The position numbers were made by a program, and so were the translations under genes. A stretch of 64,000 nt of DNA from Octopus sinensis (taxonomy: Eukaryota): positions 11,346,001-11,410,000 of the forward strand of contig NC_043006.1 of assembly GCF_006345805.1 (NCBI RefSeq). Reading direction: 5' to 3'. The notes under the pieces were generated by a model that saw nothing but the letters and a program-made list of their open reading frames with translations, was not told the origin of the DNA and searched no databases. Below are positions 26,241 to 39,128 of this stretch, piece after piece; positions within the stretch are counted from its first letter, which is position 1; each line of letters begins with the position of its first letter.

Positions 26241-28624
26241 CACACAAACACACACTTCATTCAGCTTCCATCTTCCAAATCCACTCTCCAGGCTTTGGTC
26301 AGCCCAGGGCTATTGTAGAAGACTCTTCCCCAAGGTGCAATGCGATGGGACTGAACCCAAGACCACATAATTGGGAAGTAAGCTTCTTAACCACAAAGCC
26401 ACACATACACCTATAGTTATTTTTTGTTTTTTACCACTTAGTCAGATTTTCTTGGAGCATACAAGAATGGTGAGAAGAAGAGAGGTACTTACTGATGAGA
26501 GGAAGTGAAATAGTTATTCTCACCTGGTCCAAGTGCTTGCAACAGAATGGCTTTTGCTAACAGCCCCTAAGGACCAGATGGTAGTAGTGTTTAACTGGGA
26601 GACGGAGCAAGTGTACCCCCCACAAAAACACAGAAAGTAATACACAGCATCTAGTGTGACACTATAACAAATTTTGTCAGTCTACTGCCTTGGCTTGGGT
26701 ACTTTAATTTATCAAACCCCACAAAAATGTAAGGATTACCGCAGTGAGATTTGAACTCAAAATGCAGGGATCAGAACTATTACAGTGAAACATTTTGTCC
26801 TTTGTCCTAATTATAACTAATTATAGTTAAGACTGGCTGAGAAATGACAGCATGCAGGAACACGGTGCAATGCAGGTGACAATACAAACAAATTCTTCAG
26901 CTAGTATACCTATTTCTTTACTACCCTCAAGGGGCTAAACACAGAGAGGACAAACAAGAACAGACAAACGGATTAAGTCGATTACATCGACCCTAGTGCG
27001 TAACTGGTACTTATTTAATCAACCCCGAAAGGATGAAAGGCAAAGTCGACCTTCGCAGAATTTGAACTCAGAACGTAGCGGTAGACAAAATACCGCTAAG
27101 CATTTCGCCCGGCGTGCTTACAATTCTGCCAGCTCGCCGCCTTTATACCACAGCAGTCAATTCAACCAGCTACCATATTTTACAAATTCTAAACTTTAAG
27201 ATAGTGAAGGTGCATAGCTCAGTGGTTAGAGTGTCAGGCTCACACTCGTGAGGTACTGAGTTCGATTCCTGGACCAGGTTGTGTGTTGTGTTCTTGAGCA
27301 AGACACTTTATTTCACGTTGCTCCAGTTCACTCAGCTGCAGAAATGACTTGCGACGTCAGTAGTGCCAAGATGTATCAGCCTTTGCATTTTCCTTAAATA
27401 ACATTGGTGGTATGAAGTAAGGAGGCTGGTATGCATGGGCGACTGCTGGTCTTCCATAAACAACCTTGCCCAGGCTTGTACCTTGGAGGGTAACTTTCAA
27501 GGTACAATTCCATGGTCATTTATGACTGAAGAGGGCCCATACCCTTTTAAACTGTAAATTATTTTATTTTTTATTTTACAATTTTCCTATGTTAGTATAG
27601 ACAGGATGATTTTCATAAATCTATGCTTGGTAATCAATCCAACAACAACAATGCAAGGCTTAACAAAGCTGTCTTGCTGATAACAAGGTAACCTCTGCAG
27701 TGCTGGTGCCATCAAAAATGCACCCAGTATGTTTTGTAAAGTGGTTAGTGTTAGGAAGGACATGCAGCCATAAAAAAAGTCATGTCAAAAATGAAATATT
27801 GGAGGAAGACATCCCTCAGACCTGTTGAATGGGGTCAAACTGTCCAACACATGTAAAGAGGATATTAAAAAATGATGATCAATCACGATGGACATTCCTG
27901 TATTGTTTCTTTCAGCTAAATGTATATCTCGTTAACTACTTGATCATTGAGTTGTGGAGGCGCAATGGCCCAGTGGTTAGGGCAGCAGACTCGCGGTCGT
28001 AGGATCGCGGTTTCGATTCCCAGACCAGGCATTGTGAGTGTTTATTGAGCGAAAACACATAAAAGCTCCACGAGGCTCCGGCAGGGGATGGTGGTGATCC
28101 CTGTTGTACTCTTTCACCACAACTTTCTCTCACTCTTTCTGTTGTACCTGTATTTCAAAGGGCCGGCCTTGTCACACTCTGTGTCACGCTAAATCTCCTC
28201 GAGAACTACGTTAAGGGTACACGTGTCTGTGGAGTGCTCAGCCACCAGCACGTTAATAAATAAGCTGCGATGTCACTGGTGCCAAGCTGTATCGGCCTTT
28301 GTCTTTCCCTTGGATAACATCAGTGGTGTGGAGAGGGGAGGCTGGTATGTGTGGGCGACTGCTGGTCTTCAATAAACAACCTTGGCCAGACTTGTACCTC
28401 GAAGGGTAACTTTCTAGGTGCAATTCCATTGTCATTCGTGACCGAAGGAGGTCACACACAAAAATCATTGAGTTAAAGAACAAAAAGCCATGTTATCACT
28501 AAGCAGGCAAGGATTAGCAGAGATATATTCATAACCTATAGACACAAAATATTAATGTAGGAAATTTTGGACTCATCATCATCATCATGAACTCAACACA
28601 TTAACCCTGACATGAGTTGTTAAA

Positions 28625-28976
28625 TCTTTATATATAAAAGTCAAGTTTTGCGGTGCAGTTTAACCAAAACCGGGTATCTTATAGTCATGATTCATATCGA
28701 GCTCTTCTGGGTATTAGCGCGCGTCTACGATGAGTCTACGATTTTAAAAAAAATTTACCATCATTTTTTTCCATTTTAATGCATTTTTCGCTATTATATA
28801 AGGGAAGTAACTCTCTAAAAATGTCTACGATGAGTCAACGATTTTTAAAAAGATTCACTATCATTTTTTTTCCATTTTTAATGCATTTTTTTCCTAATTT
28901 TTGGCTATAACTCTCTAAAAATGCTTATATAGTTATTTCCCTTACAAACCCGAGCAATGCCAGGCGATACTGCTAG
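28625..28976 (+). mobile_element. Non-autonomous Helitron
   Basis: A|TCTTTATATATAAAA start; internal ~98-bp duplication; degenerate 3' hairpin cccgagcaatgccagg and CTAG|T end. Confidence 0.7.
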
Positions 28977-30199
28977 TATGACTATAAATTAACAAACTAA
29001 TTAGATGACACATTTACTTTTTTAATAATTACATCTGTGCTGTTTTCATAAGAGAAAGCTTGCCAAATACCAAAAGCTGACAGAACAGTGCAGAAACCAG
29101 GGCCAACCATCATGTTGTGAGCAACTGAAGTGAGCTGCTGAGGTTTTGTGGTGCTTTTATTCTACAAAGCTCCGACTTGGCTTGGAGTTATTGGTGCAGC
29201 TAAGAGAAGGGTCATAAATTCCATGACTGAATCTGTAGAGAAGGCCACTATGTGGAATTGGATAAAGAGGGCAGATCAGTGATTTGCCACTACTGGGATG
29301 CAATCTAGGACTTGATTAACCCCGGTTGGGTGAACTAGGCAAGTTGGGGACCAAGAAAACCACTAAGGTCCAAAGAAATATCACCGATGATGCACCCCAG
29401 AAAATCCATGAGACATATCATCATCATCATCGTCGCTTAACGTCCGCTTTCCATGCTAGCATGGGTTGGACGGTTCGACTGGAGTCTGGGAAGCCAGGAG
29501 GCTGCACCAGGCCCAGCTGGATGCCCTTCCTAACGCCAACCACTCCGTGAATGTAGTGGATGCTTTTTATGTGCAGTGGCACAGGTGCCAGGCGAGGCTG
29601 GCAATGGCCATGATTGGTTGGTGCTTTTTACGTGCCACCAGCACAGAGGCCAGTCGAGGAGGCGCTGGCAAAAAAAAATAATCAGTTTCATATCCAATCA
29701 CCACCAAATGTCATATTCCTGCAAAGAACAGCAAACTGGCAGAGTTATTAGTGAATCACAATACCCTACCATGGTTCGTTACAGCTCTCTGCACTACAAG
29801 TTCAAATCCCACCAAGTTTGACCTCTTTCATTTCTTCAGAGTCAATAAATAAAGTATGAATTCCACCAATCTATTGTCTTGCATTCATACTTTATTTTAT
29901 CACCCTCAAAAGCATGAAACATAAAACTGACCTCACTAACATTTGAACTCAGAACACAGAGAACCAAAACACTACAGGGCAATTTGTCCTTTGCTCTAAC
30001 GATTGCAAAATCACAACTCATACACTGGATTCATTGAAGAGATTTATCATTTATTTACATGCATAAATTCAACATTTATTTATATGCATAAAATTATCAT
30101 TTAATTACATAAATTAACATTTATTTACATACATTTAACATTGTTTACATGCACAAACTTAACATTTATTAACGTGTATCAACTTAATCCTTTTACTGT

Positions 30200-31110
30200 G
30201 GAATTCAGGTATATCCACTTAAAATTTCGTTAGCCTTAACTCCAGAGAGCGGTTTTATATTCCCCATCTATCTTTCGTTGAGGAATGTCATATTTGAAAT
30301 AAAATTTTGCTGAGATATGTCAAGTTTATACCAATTCTGTTTTTTTTTTTTTTTGGTATATATTTAAAATAATTACAGGAATAACCATGAAATTTAATTT
30401 TGCAGTTAAAGGGTTGAATATAGTCCAGAAGATAAGAACAAATACTACAAGTCATTTTTATCAATTGCACTTTCCCACTAATCCATCTCTCAGAATTGAT
30501 TATGTTGAAGACATCAACAGAAGAAATTATTATGTGATGCCCTGTACCTAAGTTCAATATCAAAGGTAACCAAGGTCTTTCTAGCTGCAAGAATGACTTT
30601 GATTTCCAGAATAGTAAGATAACTCTGCTAAAAATCAATACTACCATACTTAGTCTTTCCCTGGAACCTAGAATATCTATAATCTCATTTATTAACCCAT
30701 GCATTATAGGTACAAACAATATCGATAATAACAAATATACTAGGAGTATGCCCTCTAATAGTACAATATCCAATCTATGTACAGGAAATTCCTTCATGCC
30801 AAATAGGTCTGGTTGCAGTTGCAAGTCTACAAATGAATGTCCTTTGCAAACTCACTGCAGAAGGTTTAATGTGGTTTACAAATGCATAGTTCATAACACA
30901 CTTCACAATTCTAACTACTATATTGGATCTACAATTAATCTCTAGCATCAGTATTCAGTACATCTAAATTCATTTAAGTATGAAAAGCATAGCAAATCTA
31001 CTTCTCTAGCTGACATTGTGCATTACCTTAAGAAAATGAAGATATCTTACATCCTGGTCTATCATAGATTCTGGCCTCCTATACCAGGATCAATATACTA
31101 CTTGTTGGCT
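30200..31110 (+). mobile_element. Degenerate Penelope-like element, GIY-YIG endonuclease region
   Basis: CSCKSTNECPLQTHCRRFNVVYKCIV...YYIGST...HLNSFKYEKHSKSTSLADIVHYLK fits the PLE CxC..CPL...C/VVY..YIG/H..SF...ST.LS pattern; contains stops and frameshifts. Confidence 0.75.
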
Positions 31111-32427
31111 ATACCTAAAAGAATCATCATCATCATCCTTTAACATCCACCTTCCATGTTGGCATGGGTTGGATGGTTTGACAGGAGCTGACCAGGAAGA
31201 AGACTGCACCAGACTTCTGTGTCTGTTTTAGTTTTGTCCTTTACAGTTGGATGCTATTCCTAACACCAACCACTCTGCAGAGTGGAGTGAGTGCTTTTTA
31301 AATGCTGGTGCCATGTAAAAAGCTTTCAGTCCACTCTGTTGGGTGGTTGGTGTTATGAATGGCATCCAGCTGTAAAAACCTTGCCAAAACTGACCTCATA
31401 CCAGTGGCACGTAAAAAGCACCATTCAAGCACGGTCGATGCCAGTGCCACCTGACAGACCCCATGTCAATGGCACGTAAAAAGCACCATTCGAGCACCAT
31501 TTGGTGGCAGGTAAAAAGTACCCACTACAATCTCTGAGTGGTTGGCATTAGGAAGGGCATCCAGTTCTAGAAACCTTGCCAGATCAAATTGGAACCTGGT
31601 GCAGCCTCTAGGCTTGCCAGTCCTCAATCGAACCATTCAAACCATGCCAGCTTGGAAAGCGGATGTTAAAAGACGATGATGATGATTGATGTCTAAGCAA
31701 TGTGTGCTCAAAATCATGTGGAGACAGATTAGATGCATATAGTGGAGGTGTGTGGCTTAGTGGTTAGGGTGTTGCATTCGTGATCATAAGATTGTGGTTT
31801 CGGTTCCTGGATTGGGTGATGCATTGTGTTCTTGAACAAAACACTTCATTTCGTATTGCTCCAGTCCACACAGCTGGGAAAAATGAGTAACGCTGCAATG
31901 GACTGACATCGTGTCCAGGTGGGGAAATTTATACGCCATGGAAACCAGGAAACTGACCCTTATGAGTTGACACGACTCGAGAAGGTAACCTTTACTTTTT
32001 TTTTTACATACAACCATGTGTACATCCATATCATCATCTGTAAGGCACCATTCGAATGTGATTGTTACCAGCGTCGCCTTACTGGTACTTGTGCCCCGTG
32101 CTAGTAGGGTGCTAAGAGCACCATCCGAGCGTGATCGTTGCAAGAGCATGTGTAAAAAGATTCAAGCGAGGTCGTTGCCAGTACCACCTGACTGGCCTCC
32201 GTGCTGGTGGCACATAAAAGCACCCACTACACTCTCGGAGGGTTGGCGTTAGGAAGGGCATCCAGCTTTAGAAATTCTACCAGATCAGACTGAAGCCTGG
32301 CACAGCCATCTGGCTCGCCAGTCCTCAGTCAAATTGTTCAACCCATGCTAGCATGGAAAACAGACGTTAAATGATGATGATGATGATGATGAAAATTGAC
32401 AATGACGATTATGATGATGATACATAC

Positions 32428-32561
32428 CGTAGAAGTTTGTAGATTTTTTCTAACTCTTTTACATCCTTGCATTTCTTGATATAACCAAAGTCTATATGAT
32501 CCAGAGGGATTTGGTATTTGCTGATGTTCTCCTTAAAATACAGAGGTGTATTCTCACCCAT
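32428..32561 (-). CDS. SPAG1: SPAG1 coding exon 1 (exon 32573-32428, ATG at 32561)
   Basis: Translates MGENTPLYFKENISKYQIPLDHIDFGYIKKCKDVKELEKIYKLLR, resembling the human SPAG1 N-terminus (KIPIEHLDFKYIEKCSDVKHLEKILCVLR). Acceptor tctcttaag| at 32574, donor CG|gtatgt at 32427, phase 2. Confidence 0.92.
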
Positions 32562-32689
32562 CTTGATTCCAACCTTAAGAGAAAGACAACAAACAATGAA
32601 TAATAACAAAGAACAAAAATTTTCATGGTAGTATTATTTCTTCTTTCCTTCTCAACATCATCGTTACTATTATTGTTATTATTATTATT

Positions 32690-33164
32690 GAGTGAGAGAG
32701 CAGTGCATGCCATCAAAGTGACACTGGGATAAAATATATGAAGCCCAGCATACCCATCATGACTACCCGTCTGATAAGGGCACACTAGACACATGCGTCA
32801 CAACCATATGTGCGCGACATGGTGATCTCATATCAAGATAAACAGCACAAGACCTTGCAGGTGGGGCCCAGTTAGAATTTTCTTCAGGTCGAGTAGCCCA
32901 TCCTGCTCAAAAGGTCCCTGAATTAGGATTGTTTAAGGATGTTGAACGAACCACCAATGTTTCCAGAGGTGAATTATCCAAACCTCTAAGAATCCCTCTC
33001 AACATATGGCTATGATGCTCTCCCACTACTTCTGCTTGTGATCAGAGATGCACGTATCGTCAGCCACTAAGGGACATGCTCAACTGGTTACGGTCAAACA
33101 ACTGACAAGCAAATCTGTGGTATTGAGCAGAATATTTGCTGTAGCCCATCTTTTATACCAAGAC
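32690..33164 (-). mobile_element. Non-LTR 3' UTR-like repeat with (AAT)n tail (R4/Dong-like?)
   Basis: Ends ...ctgctctctcactc(aat)n on the minus strand. Further copies at 33438-33570, 34130-34330, 34695-34935, 35335-35590 and 36465-36520(+). Clade assignment is inferred only from the (TAA)n association. Confidence 0.45.
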
Positions 33165-34934
33165 ATTATTATTATCATCCTCATTATTATTATTATTATT
33201 ATTATTAAGATGGCAAGCTGGCAGAATCGTTAGCAAGCCAGGGAAATGCTCAGTGGTATTTTCTCCGCCCTTACATTCCAAGTTCAAATTCCACCAAGTC
33301 AACTTTACCTTTCATCCTTTTGGGGTCGATGAGATAAGTACCAGTTATACATTAGGGTCGATGTAATCAACTATCCCCTCCCCCAAAGTTTCACACCTTG
33401 TGCCTATAGTAGAAAGGATTATTATTATTATTATTATTGAGTGAGAGAGCAGTTCATGCCATCAAAGTGACACTGGGGTACAAATATATGAAGCTCAATA
33501 TACCCCTCATGACTACCTGTCTGATAAGGGTACTCCAGGTACATGCATCACAACCATATGTGCATGATGAGCAAATGCTTAGTGGCATTTCATTCGTCTT
33601 TAAATTCTGAGATCAAATTCTGCCATGGTCAACTTTCATCCTTTCAGAGTCAATAAATTAAGTACCAGTGAAACACTGGGGTCTCCTCCTTCAAAATTTC
33701 AGGCCTTGTGTTTTTAGTAGAAAGAACTATTATCATTATTATTATGAAAATATATTATTTTTATTATCATTATTATTATTGGCACGCAAAAGGGCACCAT
33801 TCGAGCATGATCGTTACCAACGTCGCCTTACTGGCACTTGTGCTGGTGGCATGTGTAAAAAGATTTGAGCGAGGTCGTTGCCAGTACTGCCTGACTGGCC
33901 CTCCGTGCCGGTGGTACGTAAAAAGCACCCACTACACCCTCGGAGTGGTTGGCGTTAGGAAGGGCAGCCAGCTGTAGAAACTCTGCCAAATCAAGATTGG
34001 AGCCTGGTGCAACCATCTGGTTTGCCAGTCCTCAGTCAAAATCGTCCAACCCATGCTAGTATGGAAAGCGGACGTTAAACGATGATGATGATTATTATTA
34101 TTATTATGATTATTTTTATTATTATGATACTCCCAAACTACTCCTGCTCATGATCAGAGATGCTCATATCAGCCACTAAGTGACATGCTCAAGTGGCTAA
34201 GGTCGAGCAAAGGACAAGTAAATTTGTGGTATTGGGCAGAATATTTGCTGTAGCCCATCTTTTACACCAAGACAAAACATGTAAATGATAACACTTTCTA
34301 TCAGTTAAGATCAGAACCTATGAGAGCTGCCCATCATTATTATTATCATCATTATGCAGTGAGCTGGCAAAGTCATTAGCATGTCAGACAAAATGTTTAG
34401 CAGCATTTCTTCTGGATCTGTATGTTCTGAGTTCAAATCTCATCGGGGCTGCCTTTGCTTTTCCGTTTTTCATCCTTTCGCAGTCAAAAGTACCAACTGA
34501 GCATTGGGGTTCATGTATTCGAATTACCAGCATTTCATCTATCTTTACGTTCTGAGTTCAAATTCCACTGGGGCTGACTTGCTTTTCCTCCTTTCAGGGT
34601 CAGTAAGTACGAACAAGTATCAACTTGGCTCCTCCTCTAAAATTGCTGGCCTTGCGATAAAGTTTGAAACCATTACTATTGTTGTTGTTATTTAGTGAGA
34701 GAGCAGCACACACCATCAAAGTGACACTGGGGTAAAAATATACGAAGCCCAATATACCCATCATGACTACCCATCTGATAAGGGTACACTAGGCACAGAC
34801 ATCACAACTACATGTGCACAACATGGTGAGCTCATATCAAGATAAACAGCACACAACCTTGTAGGTGGGGCCCTGTTAGAATTTTCTTCAGATTGAGTAG
34901 TCCATTCCGCTCAAAAGATTCTTGAATAAGGGTT

Positions 34935-35323
34935 ACTCTTTTACATGTTTCAGTCATTTGACTGCAGCCATGCTGGAGTACCGCCTTTAGTCGAGCAACT
35001 CGACCCTGGGACTTATTCTTTGTAAGCCCAGTACTTATTGTATCGGTCTCTTTTACCGAACCACTAAGTGACGGGGACGTAAACACACCAGCATCGGTTG
35101 TCAAGCAATGCTAGGGGGACAAACACAGACATACACATACATATATATATATACATATATACGACAGGCTTCTTTCAGTTTCCGTCTACCAAATCCACTC
35201 ACAAGGCATTGGTCGGCCCGGGGCTATAGCAGAAGACACTTGCCCAAGATGCCACGCAGTGGGACTGAACCCGGAACCATGTGGTTGGTTAGCAAGCTAC
35301 TTACCACACAGCCACTCCTGCGT
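34935..35323 (-). mobile_element. tRNA-derived SINE (family B)
   Basis: Head ggagtggctgtgtggtaagtagcttgct..ggttccgggttcagtcccac, internal (TA)/(TG) microsatellite, tail gactgaaac. Other copies at 8560-8952, 20108-20490(+), 21590-21790, 41410-41788, 59215-59621. Confidence 0.75.
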
Positions 35324-36032
35324 CTATGTTTAAGGGTTGTTTAAGGATGATGAACAAAACACACCTGTGTTTCCAGAGGTGAATTATTCAAACCCCAAAA
35401 AATCCATCTCAACACATGCCTATGATGTTCCCCCACTACTTCTGCTCGTGATCAGAGATGCACATATCATCAGCCACTCAGGGACATGCTCAACTGGTTA
35501 AGATCAGGCAACTGACAAACAAATCTGTGGTATTGAGCAGAATATTTCCTGTAGCCCGTCTTTTATACCAAGACAAAACAATGTACAATTATCATTATTA
35601 ATATTATTATTATTAATATTATTAAGTGAGATGAGAGAATCTTTAGGACACCAGGCAAAATACTTAGCAACATTCTGTCTATCTTTATATACTGAGTTCA
35701 AATTCCACCAAGGTCAACTTTGCCTTTCATCCTTTCAGGATCGATAAATTAAGTACCAGTGAAACACTGGGGTTGATGCACTCAACTAATTTCGAACCCT
35801 AAAATTTCAGGCCTTGTGCCTATAGAAGAAAGGATTGCTGCTACTGATGCTGCCACCACATTGTAAAGTCACAGAAATTTGAAGTTCTGTAAGATGAAAA
35901 AGTGTTTGAATCTTTACAACCTTCTAACATTCTATAAATGGTGCTTATAGTCTGATCAAACAAGTATTAAACTTTGTTATATTTTTGGTTTTAACTATTT
36001 TTATATGCTACAATACACAATACTCTGACTGT

Positions 36033-36122
<90 letters not shown>

Positions 36123-36126
36123 TATA

Positions 36127-36350
36127 TAAATGCAATATGTGATAATTGTTCGGTAGCCATGATGAGGTTCTGAGTTTCGGATGCTGAGGTGGAGGCCCGC
36201 GCTGCTGTCTCTTCAGTTATTTGGCCATCAGCAAAGATTTCTCCGATGGCCGGATAACTGAAGAGATAGCGGCGTGGTTTCCACTTCGGCGTCTGAAGCT
36301 CGGAGTTTTGTTGTGGCTGCCGAGTGAGTGGTTGTCACATATTACATTTA
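36127..36350 (+). ncRNA. Long G.U-rich hairpin (candidate structured RNA)
   Basis: Arms 36127-36229 / 36245-36350, ~100 bp. Manual pairing gives ~26 G.U wobbles, 1 A.C mismatch and 2 bulges. Confidence 0.55.
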
Positions 36351-36814
36351 CAGATAAATTCCTCTATTTACATAATATTGAGATTTGCCTGGTGTCCGAA
36401 AGATTCTCTCATCATCATCGTTTAACGTCCACTTTCCAAGCTAGCATGGGTTCTCAATAATAATTGTCTTGGTATAAAAGATGGGCTACAGCAAATATTC
36501 TGCTCATTACCGCAAATATGTTTTCATTTGCATTGTTACCACTGTATTTCTGAGATTGTCTGGCCTGCACAGATAGTACTTCTGTGTAGAAACACCCGCT
36601 GTTTTGAAGGGGGGGTGCATCAATAATATTTTTAATTTAACTATTTTCGGCAAAAGCGAATATTTTGCAATTTTCTTCAATTATTTAAAGATGGCTCATA
36701 AAGAAGCCATAATAATGTTTGACAAAGGAACGCGTTCCTTGTCCAGAAAAATGAGATGTACGCTGTATTTCATACAATCCATTATACATGACCGCGTGTG
36801 TACCGTTGGCGATT

Positions 36815-36990
36815 TTTTTTTTCTCCATCTTCCCTTCCTTGGATCTTTCCTTTTCCTATGTTTCTGACGAAGAGCTCCGTTCAAAACGTAAAACCCTCCT
36901 TCTTTCCTTCCTTCCTGAGCGTCCAATAATACTGTATTTGTTCCACGTCCTCGCGTTGTTGTTTTCTCTTTGTGTTTTCATGTTTGGATC

Positions 36991-36993
<3 letters not shown>
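36815..36993 (+). mobile_element. Penelope pLTR fragment related to 560-722, with degenerate hammerhead (36860-36894)
   Basis: GTTT-CTGACGA-A-GAGC-tcc-GTTC-AAAAC-GTA-AAAC; shares ttcctgagcg...tttgtt..tccac with 640-685; ends in (TA)n. Confidence 0.65.
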
Positions 36994-37040
<47 letters not shown>

Positions 37041-38529
37041 CTGTCTGGCCCCGTGCCGGTGACACGTAAAAGCACCGTCCGTTCGTGGCCGTTTGCCAGC
37101 TCTGTCTGGCAACCGTGTCGGTGACACGTAAAAGCACCATCCGTTCGCGTCCGTTGCCAGCCTCGGCTGGCCCCCGTGCCGGTGACACGTAAAGGCACCG
37201 TCCGTTCGTGGCCGTTTGCCAGCTTCGTCTGGCCCCGTAAAAGCACCATCCGTTCGTGTCCTTTGCCAGCATCGCCTGGCCCCGTGCCGGTGACACGTAA
37301 AAGCACCATCCGTTCGTGGCCGTTCGCCAGCTCTGTCTGGCACCTGTGCAGGTGGCATGTAAAAAACACCCACTACACTCGCGGAGTGGTTGGCGTTAGG
37401 AAGGGCATCCAGCCGTAGAAACACTGCCAGATCTGACTGGGCCTGACGAAGCCTTCCAGCTTCACAGACCCCAGTTGACCCGTCCAACCCATGCTAGCAT
37501 GGAAAACGGACGCTAAATGATGATGATGATGATGATGATGTGTGTATGTGTGTGTGCACATGCATATGTGTATGCATATATACATAAATGCTGATGCCCA
37601 TAACTTTTGATATCAACAAAATGATATGGTGTTTATATTCCTTATTGATATTATGACCAGTCACTTTGCACTTTCGAACGGCAGTGGAATTCAAAACAAC
37701 AAAAATCCCCAACTAGTTAAAGAAGTAAAAGGTGGCAACAGGAAGGGCATCCAACCATAAAATGCTTATCGTCATCTTTGTCTTTTAACATTCACTTTTC
37801 CATATTTGTAAAGGTTAGACAGAATTTGTTAAAACAAATTTTTCTATGGCTGGATGTCTTTTCCTGTAACCAACCCTCCTGCTAGCTAATATTTTCCTTT
37901 AACTAGACAGGTTTTTCACAGATGACTGAACATAAACAAACCTACTTTTATGACAGCGAAGCACTTTTACGATCGTCATGTCACGTCTAGACAAGATTAC
38001 ACTCACACTTATATAAATGTGTGTGTGTGTGTGTGTGTGTCATCATCATCATCATCATCATTTAACGTCCGCCTTCCATGCTAGCATGGGTTGGACGGTT
38101 CAACTGGGGTCTGGGGAGCCCGAAGGCTGCACCAGGCCAGTCAGATCTGGCAGTGTTTCTACAGCTGGATGCCCTTCCTAATGCCAACCACTCCGAGAGT
38201 GTAGTGGGTGATTTTATGTGCCACCGACACAGGTGCCAGACGAGGCTGGCGAACGGCCACGCTCGGATGGTGTTTTTATGTGCCACCGACACAGGTGCCA
38301 GACGAAGCTGGCGAACGGCCACGCTCGGATGGTGTTTTTATGTGCCACCGACACAGGTGCCAGACAAGGCTGGCAGACGACCACGCTCGGATGGTGTTTT
38401 TATGTGCCACCGACACAAAAAAAACACCATCCAAGCGTGGTCGTCTGTGTGTATATGTATATATACATGCTCGGTATAAAAAACACAAAGTAGTGCTCAA
38501 ATGATTTTGAATTTAAACTCCAAATTCTT

Positions 38530-38583
<54 letters not shown>

Positions 38584-38586
<3 letters not shown>

Positions 38587-39075
38587 ATTATTTGAGGGAA
38601 TATTAATCCTAACTAACAGGGAAAAAATTCAATTTAGAAATACTAAATCAAATTTCACACAATATAATATATATTTATAAAAATTAGAAAAAAAACACCT
38701 TTTATCAATTCAAAATGAACAATTAAATTACACCATCTAGAAAATTACATATAACAGAAATATTAAAATTAAAATAACAATAAAATACCAATGATTAAGT
38801 AAATTGCAAAAAAATAATAAAAACGTATATAATTGGTAGAATAACGACACGTGTTATTAATTTTTTTATTATAATCATTGCTTAAATATAGCCACAAAAC
38901 ATGTCTTTATTCTACCAATTATATACGTTTTTATTATCTTTTTGCAATTTACTTAATCATTGGTATTTCATTGTTATTTTATTTTTAATATTTCTGTTAT
39001 ATGTAATTTTCTAGGGGGTGTAATTTAATTGTTCATTTTGAATTGATAAATGGTGATTTTTTTCTAATTTTTATA
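38584..39075. mobile_element. Inverted Penelope-type pLTR pair (arms ~38676-38844 / 38907-39075) between (TA)n tracts
   Basis: ~169-bp near-perfect AT-rich inverted repeat; similar to the terminus at 63780-63840. Confidence 0.6.
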
Positions 39076-39081
39076 TATATA

Positions 39082-39114
<33 letters not shown>

Positions 39115-39128
<14 letters not shown>

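Noticed and set aside
26190-26250. HDV-like ribozyme on the minus strand (ccctcgtg...P4-like hairpin...ctaa)
   Set aside because: P1 and P1.1 partners are not identifiable and the paralogous copy does not keep the motif; better read as simple hairpins.
26492-26520. CTGATGA...GAAA hammerhead candidate (also 57160, 55015)
   Set aside because: No stem II/III pairing or cleavage triplet.
30288-30824. 178-aa minus-strand ORF
   Set aside because: Antisense shadow of the degenerate Penelope element.
37050-37370. CRISPR-like repeat/spacer array (hairpin repeat GTGCCGGTGRCACGTAAAAGCACC)
   Set aside because: The apparent spacers are homologous to each other, no cas genes are present, the context is eukaryotic, and the array is part of a dispersed retroelement 3' UTR.
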